Origin: Perna viridis
Lineage: Eukaryota
Assembly (NCBI GenBank): GCA_037379345.1
Contig: CM074516.1
Coordinates: 35,625,626 to 35,689,625, forward strand
DNA: 64,000 nt
Direction of reading: 5' to 3'
The translations under genes were made by a program, and so were the position numbers. The notes beneath the pieces were generated by a model that was not told the DNA's origin, did not search any database, and worked only from the letters and a program-made list of their open reading frames with translations. Below are positions 52,201 to 64,000 of the stretch, in pieces. Position 1 is the stretch's first letter. The number at the start of each line of letters is the position of its first letter.

Positions 52201-55200
52201 AATTTTCCCAATATACTTTATCCTATGAATGTATATATGTATCCTATTTTTGATATTTAAAGTTATTTGAAAGTTTGTTAAAAGACTTCTACTTATTTTT
52301 TTAAGAACTGACCGTAATAATTTTCATAAACATGTAAGATCTTTTGAGTAAGACAAATGATTTTCTATGGGTTCATATTACAAAATGACAAAAAATAGAA
52401 AACATTTCAATATTGTATAAAAGGGGAGATAATTAGACATATATTTTAAAAGTGTGTGTTTTAGGAAAAACCAGAGACACCCAAGGAAGAGGAACCCAAA
52501 CCTAAGAAAGGTCTGATAGGAACTAGATCCAAACCTACTGAAGGTGTGTGCATGCTGCTATAATTCTAGGGTCATAGAAATGTTTTAAAAGGATTAAGAA
52601 CAACATTTTATTCAAGCATTTGAGAAACCTCTGCACTTAAATAGATTTAGTGAACACTACTACTGTAGTTTCATAAACAATAATATAAGTTCACATATCT
52701 ATTTTGTAATTACTCTGTAATTTCTTTATATCTATTTATATGTGACAATGTATTTCCTACTTTTGAAAAGTAAATTAAATTATACATTTTCTTAAACTTA
52801 GTTACTTTAAGACTACTGAAACTTTGCAATTACATTTGTAATAGTAACTTTTCTCCCTACTTGTTTAATTGAATGAGCTTTGATTAATTATAAATGTAAA
52901 GAGGATTTCAGCAACAACATTTCTATGACACTTTGCTACAGGTAATTGTTGTATAGAGTATGATGTTGTTATAGAATATGTTGTTTTTATAATTGAACTT
53001 TGTCAGCTCATTTTTTGAAAAATTATAGTCTAAAATTAGTAATTATGATATGCCTCTCTTAAAAATAAATTTTTATGAATGTTTTACAATTTTTTATTGG
53101 TATAATTTTTTTTTGTTTTTGCTACCATTTCATATCATTTCAGACGTACATTTTGGAATTATAAACACTTCGACAAATATTTTTATGAGATAAACCTAAA
53201 ATAATATAAGAATGACTAATCCTCATGTATGTTCACAGCCAGTTGTGCCACATATGACAATCATAGGTGTTACAAATATAATAAACACATGATAGTTGTA
53301 TGATTATCATATATGTTCTCATTGGTAAATATTGGCTTGCTAACAAATGATTATCAGCATTTGATTACCATGTGTTAATCATCAGTAAAATGATGCATAT
53401 GTTAATCATGTCATGCTCAATTCATATGGTAATCATAAGTTAACTAAAACATATAATCACATTGTGATAAATTTATATGATAATCATATGCTTCATGTTA
53501 TATGATCCTCATGTGTGACACTTTTGACTGTTAAGGCTGAACATGTTGCAGCAAAAGAAAACATTCTTGTTCAATAAACCAATGATACTAAGTAAAATAT
53601 ACTAATTATAAAAACAACCTATATCATAGTTTAAATGCATCCTACTATCCATTTTATGTGGTAAATTTAACCTGAGTTGAAGTAGCTAGAAAGTGATGAT
53701 GTTGGTATTTGATGTGTGTTAGATAAACAAGAATTGTGTTTACTTATGAATTACCTTATCAGCAAAAAATATCATTTGTTGCTGTTATGAACTACTTTTC
53801 TTCCACTTTGATTAAGTATCATAAATTGATGACATCCATTTTGTCATGGGGACACTAATTCTACAGCAAAAAAGACATTAAAGTGAATGTATTTTTAACA
53901 AATTGACTGGTTGAGATAGCTGTATATCATTTAGAGACAAATTAAGTTCAAACTCATTTTGCAATAAATGGTAGTTACTATTATAAAAAGCTAGCTAAAT
54001 TTGAAAAATAATCCCAGATATCATTTTGAAAATATAATTTATATTTAATACTAGGTTTGCTGGAACTCATCTCAATTTTAAGCAACAAATGTATAGCATG
54101 TACTGTTATTTAGTTAACTTTGCATGGTTGTCTACTGATATCATAGACTTAATGCTATAATTTAATATGGCTCATAGATTTGTTGCTCCTTAAATCTTGT
54201 TTGAAGATTTACTTAATATTATGTTTATCAGGGGTTCAAATTAGATCCAAAATGAAAGATCCTAGACCAGTAGAAATATTAATCCAAAGGTTCACCCACA
54301 AAGTGTCTGTATATGTATTGTTCTAGTCCTCAGTAGTTACAATATCAAAGTCCTATAATATGGTAGGTGGTAGACCCCTGATCATCTCTAATTTGAATCC
54401 CTGCATGAATTTTGAAACTGTATTTTATGCAGTGTTGATGTCTAAGGTATTTGAGTTTAATAGAATTAGGTCATATCATCTTGAACAAATTAATTTTTTT
54501 CTGAAGTAATCTTATCTTTGCTAAAAAAAAAAACATAATTCATAATGAATTAATATTTTTCTGTATTGTCTTTTTTTCTAAAATATTTTCATACTTAGTG
54601 ATTGAAGGTTTAAAAGTATGGTATTAGAGCATCAAAATTATAAAACTATCTGTAATATTATTAACTTGTAGACTTGCTAAATAATAAGAAATAGCTGAAA
54701 ATTTTTTTTTTCAATATTTTTAGACAAAAAGGCAGTTCTGGAAAAGAAGATGCAGGAAATGAGAGGAGAGCTACCATCGTAAGTATACACTGCCAATTTT
54801 TAAAGTTTGTATTGCATTTCTGAAACAGTGGTCAAAATAGAAAATGACATTTTGCTATTAATTATGGCGAAAGATTTTTTTAAATGAGCAAATAGCCCAC
54901 ACTATTTCAAATGCAAAAGTTATGAATTGTATGGTTTTTAATATCATTATTGTGTTTTGTCATCAATGCATTCTACCCTAAACTGTCTGAGAAATGTTAC
55001 CTCAGCTAATATCAATAATATTCAAGACAAAAGATTATGTAGTCTCTGTCTTTTGTTATGTTTTGATCAAACTGTGTATTGGGGCTTAGTTTACTTTAAC
55101 TTGAGCACATGGCTTTGGGCTATATTGTTGTATACATGGTTGCTATTTAACTGTAAACCATATGAATGTATATAATTTGATATTGCAGGCCTGAAAAATC

Positions 55201-58200
55201 AAGTGTTGATAACACTGTTGCAAACAAAATGTAAGATGAACCGAACACTCTTATCTTATTTTATCATGCAAATTCTATGAAAAGTTACAAGTTACCTTTT
55301 GGAGGCATTTTAGAATTTTAAAATTGAATATGCACTACTGAAAGCAATATTAAGATATCAAATTTAATAAGATAATATAGTTACCACATAAGGCCATCAT
55401 GAAAAAAAATCCTAGATTCTCATCCAACATTTTTCAAAATAAGGGTCAGGCAGCAAATTATATATTTTTTTTTATCAATTAAGTGAAAAATGCAGTCAAT
55501 TTGAAAGAAATTGACCTTAATTGGGAAAAAATAAATTTTTCAGGGAAGGTGAAAAAATTGGATAGGGAGGTGATGTGTATCTGGGATATTTTTTTTTATT
55601 TTAGCCAAAATGTCAATTTTGTTAGAACTACCTTTGAAGAGTTTTAAAAAAAATCAAAAAGTAGCTATTAGGCTTTTTAGATATACTTCATGTAAGTCTT
55701 TGAATTATTTATGTGGTTTATAATCAGCATAGAATAGAAATAGAGAAATGTTTCCATTGGTAGCTTGTATTTTTCTATGAAAGGCTTCTTATCTACGGTA
55801 TATCTTGATGGATAGTGTATGAAATATCAAGAGAGCTGCCATTTTATAAGAAGCTAGAATCAGATTATTTTCCTGATTTTAAAAATTGTAGCCGTTTTTT
55901 TCTTCTAATTTCATTTGTTATGTTATTTTTTTCATTATGAGCAATTGCTTTTTCTGTAAAAGTTGACACCATAAGCTCTGCTCCTGTTTTTTAAAATTTT
56001 TTTTTTACTTTAAATTTGATCCTATCTCCATAAATCAAATGGTTACTTCCTAAGTCTCAAATTCTCTTCATTTGGTGTTGTAATATTTTCTTCCCTTTTC
56101 TAAATGTCTCATTATTTTCTATTTTATAAGCGTGGTTTATTTTGGTTTTACTTGACTTCAACATTCTTTCCTCTTATTTCTTATTTATTTTAGGCTTTTG
56201 AAGTGTTCTCATTTTTCTAACAGTGGTCAGAAAAGAGATAACATATTGTATTTTCGAAAGTAAAAGTGCATACACTTTTTACTGGTATATGAATTTTAAC
56301 ATCCAGTTGTGTGGGATAAGTTGTATTTTAAAACAATAAAAAAAAAAACAGGTGTGAAATTTTGTATATTGTGTGACCAGGTTGAATTGCTAATTAATAT
56401 TTTTTTCCTACCTTAAAAAGTTTCATAAAATTTCTGAATTGTATTTTTCATAATAATAAAAAAAAACTTTTAATTTTTAGAATACATGAAGATGTTATAT
56501 TTACGTTACCTGGTGATCGGTTACCCACACCAAACAAAGAGGAACCAGATCAGAATGTCAAGGTCTCTATACATCATGGTCAAATGGAAGAAATGATTGC
56601 CATGGCAACCATTAATTTGGAGGATATACAAGTCTTGGTAATATAGTTTATTGCCTTTTTTTCTTCAAAAAAGATAGTGATGAACAGAATATATCCATCT
56701 GCAGTCTCCTTTTGCTTGTTTCCCCAAAAATGCTAGTTTAATTTGATTAACTGAGAACCCTACTCTCTTAGCCTTACAGTTTTGACCTGTCATTATTCCA
56801 GGAAATTAATTGTTACACTTACAATTGTACAACAATACATGTTGTGTTCATTTTTTCAACTTTCTACATTTAGGATTATTCTTTATATTACAATATTTTG
56901 AATAGCCATAATAATTTTTTTTTCAAAATCAGAATATACCAGTAAAAAGATGTTGCCTTGTTTTCACTATGCAACAATTTATTTTTACCTTATATATAAT
57001 CAGTTGATAATTGAGAACTCTACTTTAACTTCAAGATTTTTCTATGCAATGACTTTATAAATTTTATATTTATAAATCTGCAATATTTATTGGCAGCGAG
57101 GGGTAAGTTTGGAATGAGATGTGAATATGTATTGTATAATTCTCTTTTTTACAGCTGTACTTGAAAATAATGTTATACCCTCAACCTTTGTTCAAAATTC
57201 TTTCTTGGTATTACTTGTACTCTTTATTTCGAAATTTCTTATCGACTGAATGCAGTTAATGAATATTTATGCAGCAAATGTATCTTTATGAACACTGAAA
57301 AGGAGAATATGCACTGAGGAATAAATATATATCCTTAAGGTACATACATGTAACTGGTTAAGCTTTTATTTCATCTTATTGAAATTATGTGAAGTAAAAA
57401 TCAGTAGGTGAAAGAAGGCAATTTTTAGGCCTTTACATAATATTTTTCTTTGTAAAATAGACTTAAGATCTGGAAGCAAAAAAATTGGAAACATTGCTAT
57501 GACCTATCTTAAGGGAACTAGAGTACAGCTGTAATGTTGATTTAGTTTTGAATGACTTAGCTGTTTGCATGTTTGTATAATTGAATGAGATTGAAGTGCA
57601 TTTCATGTTAAGTTAAATATTTCCATTTTCAGTCTTCATTGGTGTTAAAATAGATATAAAACAAATTAAGTTGATTTAGGCATGATATTAGTTTATCCCA
57701 TTTCCTAGTCTCCCTTTATAAGTCATTGCCACCACTTACTCAGATAGAATGGTAGATGTAGATTTTGACCACTTTTGTATTTCTTTAGTCTTTAAATAAG
57801 CAAAACTCCATCTATGTTGAGGATATAGAAGGGACATAAATACAAATCTCCACATGGATTACCAAAAATGTTAAAATGTACAATTCATGTCACTGTGAAA
57901 GTGCTGTTATTCGTTGGTACCAATTTTCGTGGATCAGGGAAGATACACAAAAGGGTGGATTCTTGAATTTGTGGTCTCAAAGTTTTCAGTATATTTCGTG
58001 GTTTGGCAACCCATGAAAACCACAAAAATTAGTTTGATACCCCACAAACAATATTACTTTCATGGTAAATGGTGTTGAAAGTACATCCTTTGCTGTAAAA
58101 GTACTTTCTAAATATGAGTACTGTTTTTTTTTGTTTTATTTTTTGGGGGGGGGGGGGTTGGGGTTTGGCAATTTTTTCTGCTTGTTGGATATTTGTTATC

Positions 58201-61200
58201 TTGGATTCAATCAATTTGTTGGCTCCAGATACAACTTAATTGTCATTAAACCCCTATATTCCTTCAGCCAATATTCCTCAATATCTTGTTACAGGGTATT
58301 ATTATACTAATATGTCAGGACATGGAAAGTTATTCAGGTCCTAGTTGGATCATTACTTTCATTTATAACCAATCCTCTTTATCTACAACTTATGTCTCTT
58401 ATACACCTCTTATTCCAAGTTCATAGAATATCCTTACAACTATTAGCTATCTGATTGAACCCCAAAATATTAGATCCTGTTTGTTGTGGTGTTTTTACTG
58501 CTCTTATCATAGATATTCTGTATACTGGTCTATGTTATATTGAATATGAATTGGTGTTTATATGTTTTGTACACACGAAGTAACTTTAATGTTTTTTTTG
58601 TGTATGATAAGCAGGTTGAAATGCATTTTCTTCCTTTCCAAAGACATGATTAAATATGGACACCACTTTTTCACCACTGAGCAGTGATTACAATTCTGTG
58701 AAAGGTTTCCAATTACCATTTTTCACTTTCGGCAGCTTAATAGGTGACACTGATTCCCTTTAGTCAAGACTTTATTTAATAAAGGATAATAACAAAATTA
58801 CCAAACTGACAAAATCTAGGCAGTAGCCAAAGGAAAGTCTGTATAACAAGTCAGTATATCAAATGGCAATAGCATAAACTGGGAAGTTGGAAAACTACCA
58901 CAGTGGTCTTGACTTAGTACAAAAAAGTGGGTTAAACAGGTTTTACAGCATACTAAACCTTCTATAATGGTTCATTATTTCTGGTCTATTTCAACACAAG
59001 TTAAGTCATTTCTCTATACTCTGTAAAATTTTGATTTAACTAAATTACATGACCCTTTCCAGAGAAGAATCAATATTTGCCCTAAATTTTGTGTATACAT
59101 ATATATAGTAATTTAAATATTTCATGTAGGAATCCATTAATTTAAGTCATAAAATTGTGTTCTTTTGTTTTGTAATCTTTTTGCTTTTTGGCAGATTTTT
59201 TGTGGATGAACACAAAGAGTACTAAAACAGTTGGATTGTTTGTAAATTATGTATGAAGAATTCTAATATTTTCATTTAAATTTGAATCATTTTTTTCATA
59301 CATTGAAGTGTGAGAGGCTTTTAAGCAGCATGCACAGGCTTTTATAGCATTTGCTAAACATAGATTTAAAATTAGCTTTTTTTCTGAATGATTACTGGTG
59401 TTTGATTGTGGCATGATTTTAAATTTAATGAATGGTTGGGATTGAGACTACTTGAGCATGATTTTTTTACATGACATGGAGGAGTTCTTTTAATTAAAGT
59501 CCCACTTGCAAACAGGGGATATGTAGTGACTGGGGTGTCCGTCCTTCCTATTCCATCGGTATTTCATTCCGTAATGCAGAGGGGGTACCCATCTCTTATC
59601 CATGACTCCTCCTACACCACTAAATGGAATTGAATGCAACTTTCCCAGAATCTTTATGACATATTCATATTGTGTACTTCCTATTTTAGATTTGATCCAA
59701 ATCAATGGTGAGGTCAATAGGTGCATGCTATTTATGGGGGATTGGGGTGTCAATTTATTGAGCATTGCTAACAGCTTTTTTTACATGTCAAATCATGTCC
59801 TTTATTTTGATTAAGCTCTTAAGTAAGAGCTTAGAAGCAATTTAAGTATGTACACAGACACTGATTACTATACTAAAGCATAAATTGACTCTAGATTTTT
59901 GTCCCTTCAATTTATTTATGTGGTCTTCTACTGTATCAGACTTTATTAGGAGCCTGTATATTTTCAGGAATTACCAACAATCTTTTTACCAGAACCACAT
60001 GGTGATGATGATGCTCCTCACACACCTCGAGATACTGATGTTGATTCACTCTCAGATGATATTGACCTCATGTTAGGAGGAGAAAAAACTGAAGAGAAGA
60101 AAGAGAAAAAGGAAGATGACCCTGCAGCTAAGTTTGCATCTTTTGATTTTCCAGTGTATCCACTGAATCAGACACGGGGCAAACATGAACCATGTGGTTA
60201 TGTACCAATTACATTTTATTATGCCAAAAGATTTAAACCAAGGACATTTGTCAGACAATCAGGTACCTTATTTGTCTCTCTCAGAATCATCCATTTCTAT
60301 TGCTGAAGAAAAGAAAATGAATCAACATTTTGATAAATGTTCAACATAAATGCTTAATTATTTGGTCATAAATACATGAAGCATACAAAGATATTTTTTA
60401 ACATAAAGGCATATACAGTAAAAAATGTCTAAACCAAACTAAACCAAACTCTTAATAAACCTAAACCTTGTCTAAACCAAACTCTGAATATACCAAAACC
60501 TTGTCTAAATGTAACTCTGAATAATCCTATACCTTGTCTAAATCTAACTCAGAATAAACCTAAACCTTGTCTAAACCTAACTCTGAATAAACCCAAACCT
60601 TTTCTAAACTTAACTCTGAATAAACTTAAACCTTGTCTCAACCAGACATATCCCTTTATATAAAGATTAATGCATGTCAGACCTGTATAAACTAAACATG
60701 AGCCTGCACTGAACAAAACCGTTAGTTCAGAAGGGGTTTGGTTTAGACAGGTTTGACTATACAATATCCTCAGCCCGGAAGGGTTTGGTTTAGACAGGTT
60801 TGACTGTACAATATCCTCAGCTCGGAAGGGGTTTGGTTTAGACAGGTTTCACTGTATATTACCTGTAGCTTGGAAGGGGTTTGGTTTAGACAGGTTTTAC
60901 TGTATATTTACCTTCAGCTCGGAAGGGGTTTTGTTTTAGACAGGTTTGACTGTATATTACCTTCAGCTCTGAAGGGGTTTGGTTTAGACAGGTTTCATTG
61001 TATATTACCTTCATCTTGGAATGGGTTTGGTTTAGACAGGTTTGACTGTATATTTAATAGTATTTACTGAGTGATTTGTCTTATGTTTGTGTCTTCAACT
61101 GAACAGTTCCTTTCTGTTAGAACAATGACTCTTACACTGTATAAATTTTTAATGATATAACTCTGAACTGTCTGTTTTACAGGAACTATGCCATTCAACG

Positions 61201-63329
61201 ACCTAATGTTTGAGCTTGCTGGTATTGACATGACAACATGGAATAGAGAAGATATGTTCAAAGAGTATGCTGATGAGGCCTTGTCTGCAATATCATTCAC
61301 TCCTGAGGTTAAAACCCCAGAACCTCCTAAACCAAAGACTCCAGAAACTCCAAAACAAAAAACACCAGAACCACAGAAAGCCCCATCACCCGTTAAGTCT
61401 CCTGTCAAATCTCCCGTTAAAGAGGTAAGAAAGGAAAAGATTCATGGGAATTGGTGTATACAGAGCTTTTAGTTAGCATGTTTGTGCTTGAATTTCATAC
61501 ATACATATAGTATGGCCTTTACATGTGAAAATCACTGTAAAATATAGGGTTTTTGTTCATGCAGTTTTAAATTAAGATTTTTTAGCTGAAGCCTGAAAAT
61601 GTATGGAAAAGTTATACAAAAATGTATTTGAAATGATTAGATGCCAACATAGGTGTGTTTAAGAAATTTTTAATATAAAAAAATCATTTTACTTTATTTT
61701 TTTCGGCTTAAAGTCATGTGCCTGCACATTAAATGAACCTGAATACTGTGTGTTTCAGGACATGATAAATAAATCTGAAGTAGACAATTTAGTACAGAAG
61801 CACCATGCAGAGTTAGAACTAGTACAACAGGAATATGAGTAAGTTTTAAATAGCTTGTCTTTATATATGATATGGAGTTGGAACAGTTAGTAAGCAAATC
61901 CAACAGTCAATTGAACAGAAAGTGGTAAGTGTGAAATTGATCATAAAATTTGACATTACAATGCTATTTTCTGTTATATCATCATAACTTAAGACTAATT
62001 TTACACTTATGACTTTTTGTGAAATCAAGCAACCTGGTTTCACTGATAGAAAATAGAAGTTCTTGAAAGAAGACTAGAAAAAATGGTAATTAATGGTAAA
62101 ATAGTGTCATATTTTTTATATAATGCATGTCATATTTTGTAAACAAACACATTGACACAAGCTACAATTAGTACTTTGTGTTTGACAAAGATTTAAATAT
62201 ATATAAACTAAACAACAACAAATTGAATGGGAACATTCTAAGGTTTTCTTCGTTTATTGGTTACCAATATATCATTTGGAAAATCCTCATGATTAAAACT
62301 TTTTTTTATTGTTGTCTCACTATTTTTTTAGAAGTTAAGACCAGATCACTTTAAAGATAACAAAAGAAGTTAATGGAATGGTACAATATCTTAAAAAACA
62401 ATATTTTCAAATTACTCACTTTAAAAAACCGAAAAGTTTATATTGTCAATGAAAATGTAGTATCTATTATGTTTTTTTTTTTTTGCAGGAAGAGATTACA
62501 GTCACTAATGGAAAATATGCAGGAAATGCAGCAACAACAGGAGCAACAACGCCAACAACTTGAGGCACAACAAAAACTTCAACAACAGCAACAAAGGCAA
62601 AGACCACCTCTTCTACATCAACGACCTGTCTCTTCTGAGAGCAGAAAATCAGCTGGTAGTACAGGGAGAAGATCAGCCAATCAGAACCAGTTACAGCCTC
62701 CTAAAACTCCTCCCACTAAGGCTTCTCCAAGACTTGCTTCCCCTGATAATAGACAAGAAGTACAAAGTGCTCAACTTTCTCATGAACAACCAACCCCAGT
62801 TCAAAAACTTGTAGAAATGTTAGTTCTTGATTGTTTTTAGAGCGTTAAAAATATTAAAGAACCCCCTGCTGCCATGCAGAAGTTGTTTTGTTAATCAAAA
62901 AATAATCTGATAATAATAGGATGAGATTGATTAGAGGATAAGCAGGAAGGTACTGAATAAAGGCTTTTAAAGCAAGATGCATCAAATAATTACACTCTTA
63001 TTTCCATGAGATATACTGTAAGTGATTAGTTAAAGTCTTTTTACTTTAATTTTGCCGATATTAGGGGAATGTGCTATAGTCTAATAAAGTTTAAAACAGA
63101 TATTTTTATGGATATATTTCGAACAAGAAGCTTCTGGTACTAAATATTTAGGATATTGTACTTTGTTTTGAATTTCAGATCTGATTCTGTGGATCATATT
63201 CCACAGCCCCCAGCTTCAACGCTTCCCCCCAACAGACCCAGGAAGAACCTTAAGCCTATCCATCCAAGGCCTACAGCTAAGTCAGCTCCTGCAGAAGAGA
63301 GACATTATCCTCAGGGTGTACCTGAAGAT
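46259..63329 (+). CDS. Uncharacterised large protein (acidic N-terminus, helical/coiled-coil block, probable split C2 domain, Pro/Gln-rich region); 3'-incomplete, continues past window
   Basis: Phase-consistent exons: 46259-46268, 47428-47507, 47931-48068, 48340-48431, 50369-50537, 50738-50868, 51143-51269, 51623-51739, 51947-52177, 52465-52543, 54724-54778, 55189-55230, 56481-56637, 59968-60262, 61183-61423, 61759-61838, 62489-62818, 63179-63329. All GT-AG and no stop reached. I do not recognise the gene. Confidence 0.85.
46773..47255. mobile_element. hAT-like MITE with 6-bp TSD
   Basis: TIRs CAGTGTCCTAGATAGG / CTTAGCTAGAACACTG. GTTTTG is duplicated at 46767-46772 and 47256-47261. Homologous to both ends of 11118-14401. 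Confidence 0.8.
48660..48866 (+). mobile_element. 3' UTR fragment of the same retroelement family as 4690-5108
   Basis: GGTGCACCTGGTCCATGCTC...TTTTTAGTGG...GAGTTGCTCA.TTACTTTTGTTACTTTG...GTTGTGTGTGTCTGTTT matches the reverse complement of 4700-4857. Confidence 0.75.
48867..50052 (-). mobile_element. Pearl/Helentron-like element, inverted homologue of 19927-21004, with three copies of an internal ~335-bp block
   Basis: Ends GGTGAGCGATTCAGGCTCCTAGGAACCTCTTGTT, the reverse complement of the 19927 terminus. Repeated blocks contain GGGGTATC.TGCATAGAACTGATGT at about 48976, 49304 and 49627. Confidence 0.85.
59490..59778 (+). mobile_element. Interspersed repeat, related copy at about 63705-63990
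   Basis: Shared GG..T..CCGTCCTTCCT..., ATGCAGAGGGG, CACCA..GGAAT, CTATTTTAGATTT and GGTCAAT...GAGCATT..TAACAG blocks. Confidence 0.65.
60416..61050. repeat. TA-flanked Tc1/mariner-type MITE with a 30-bp internal array and 7 tandem copies of its right end (about 48-bp period)
   Basis: Left TA|CAGTAAAAAATGTCTAAACCAAAC, then about 6 copies of AAACCTTGTCTAAAC..AACTCTGAAT (60430-60645), then 7 copies of GGAAGGGGTTTGGTTTAGACAGGTTT.ACTG|TA plus a short spacer (60730-61050). Confidence 0.85.
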
Positions 63330-64000
63330 GTGAGTGTAAAAATCTTAGATACTGTAGTGAAACTATGAACATTATTGGCAATGATTCATTTCGGCCCAGT
63401 AACACATGCTTCATAAAATTTGTCTGGTCTTTAAGTTTTATTTGTAGAACATTCCCATACTTTCGAAGTTCAGTCTTGGAGTAAAACTTAACATTTTATT
63501 CTTGTTAAATTGAAGGGGTGGCATTCTTAATCTTGTTCTAATGTTGGTCAGTTTTAATGCAGTTTAGTTGGTTTCAAAGTAAACTAGGTAAAAAATCATT
63601 TAGTTCTACTCGTATTGACCCCATAAGGGCAATTGGATCAAGATAGTTTGGTGTTTAAAGTCAGTGTTGTTCAATATATTAACAAGATCATTGTCCTTTG
63701 ATTGTTATTGGGGGTTATACAGTGATAGGGATGCCCGTCCTTCCTTCCTTCTTTCCTTCTTTCTGTCTGTGCTTCCTTCCATTATGCAGAGGGGTATCCA
63801 TCTTTTTTCTGTTAATTCTTCTACACCATGGAATAGAGTTACACATAACTTTCACAAAATCTTTCTATATATTCCCATAGTGCACCTCCTATTTTAGATT
63901 TTTATCCATATCATTAGGAGGACAAACAGTGTATGTTATCAAATAGTGGATTGAAAGTATCAGGTCAATGAGCATTTTTAACAGTTTTTCTGGTGTTTAA

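Noticed and set aside
54229-54403. CAGGG...CCCTG hAT-like MITE
   Set aside because: A short TIR match is present but there is no TSD and no second copy in the window; too weak to list.

Overview
AT-rich eukaryotic genomic DNA with many spliceosomal introns. The repeat landscape (pearl/Helentron-like MITEs, SINE tails, PLE-type RT fragment) suggests a bivalve, probably an oyster; this is an inference. I reconstructed five protein-coding genes by hand from splice sites and reading phase. (1) PRMT3, minus strand, 204-14868, 11 coding exons including one GC-AG intron. (2) A 401-aa single-coding-exon protein with a C-terminal SOCS-box-like motif, plus strand, 15500-16705, head-to-head with PRMT3. 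(3) CSDE1/Unr, minus strand, 17936-33425. (4) CHMP2A, plus strand, 38892-43575, head-to-head with CSDE1. (5) A large uncharacterised acidic/coiled-coil protein with a probable split C2 domain, plus strand, from 46259 past the window end. The most unusual structure is in PRMT3 intron 1. A hAT-like element (11118-14401) contains a 5'-truncated L1/Tx1-type LINE with a 14-bp TSD. It also contains an internally deleted Mutator (MULE) element (13241-14064) with TIRs, a TSD and a transposase C-terminal remnant. In that MULE the deleted part is replaced by a 200-bp 28S rRNA fragment with an intact R2/I-PpoI target site, i.e. an animal Pack-MULE-like element carrying rDNA.
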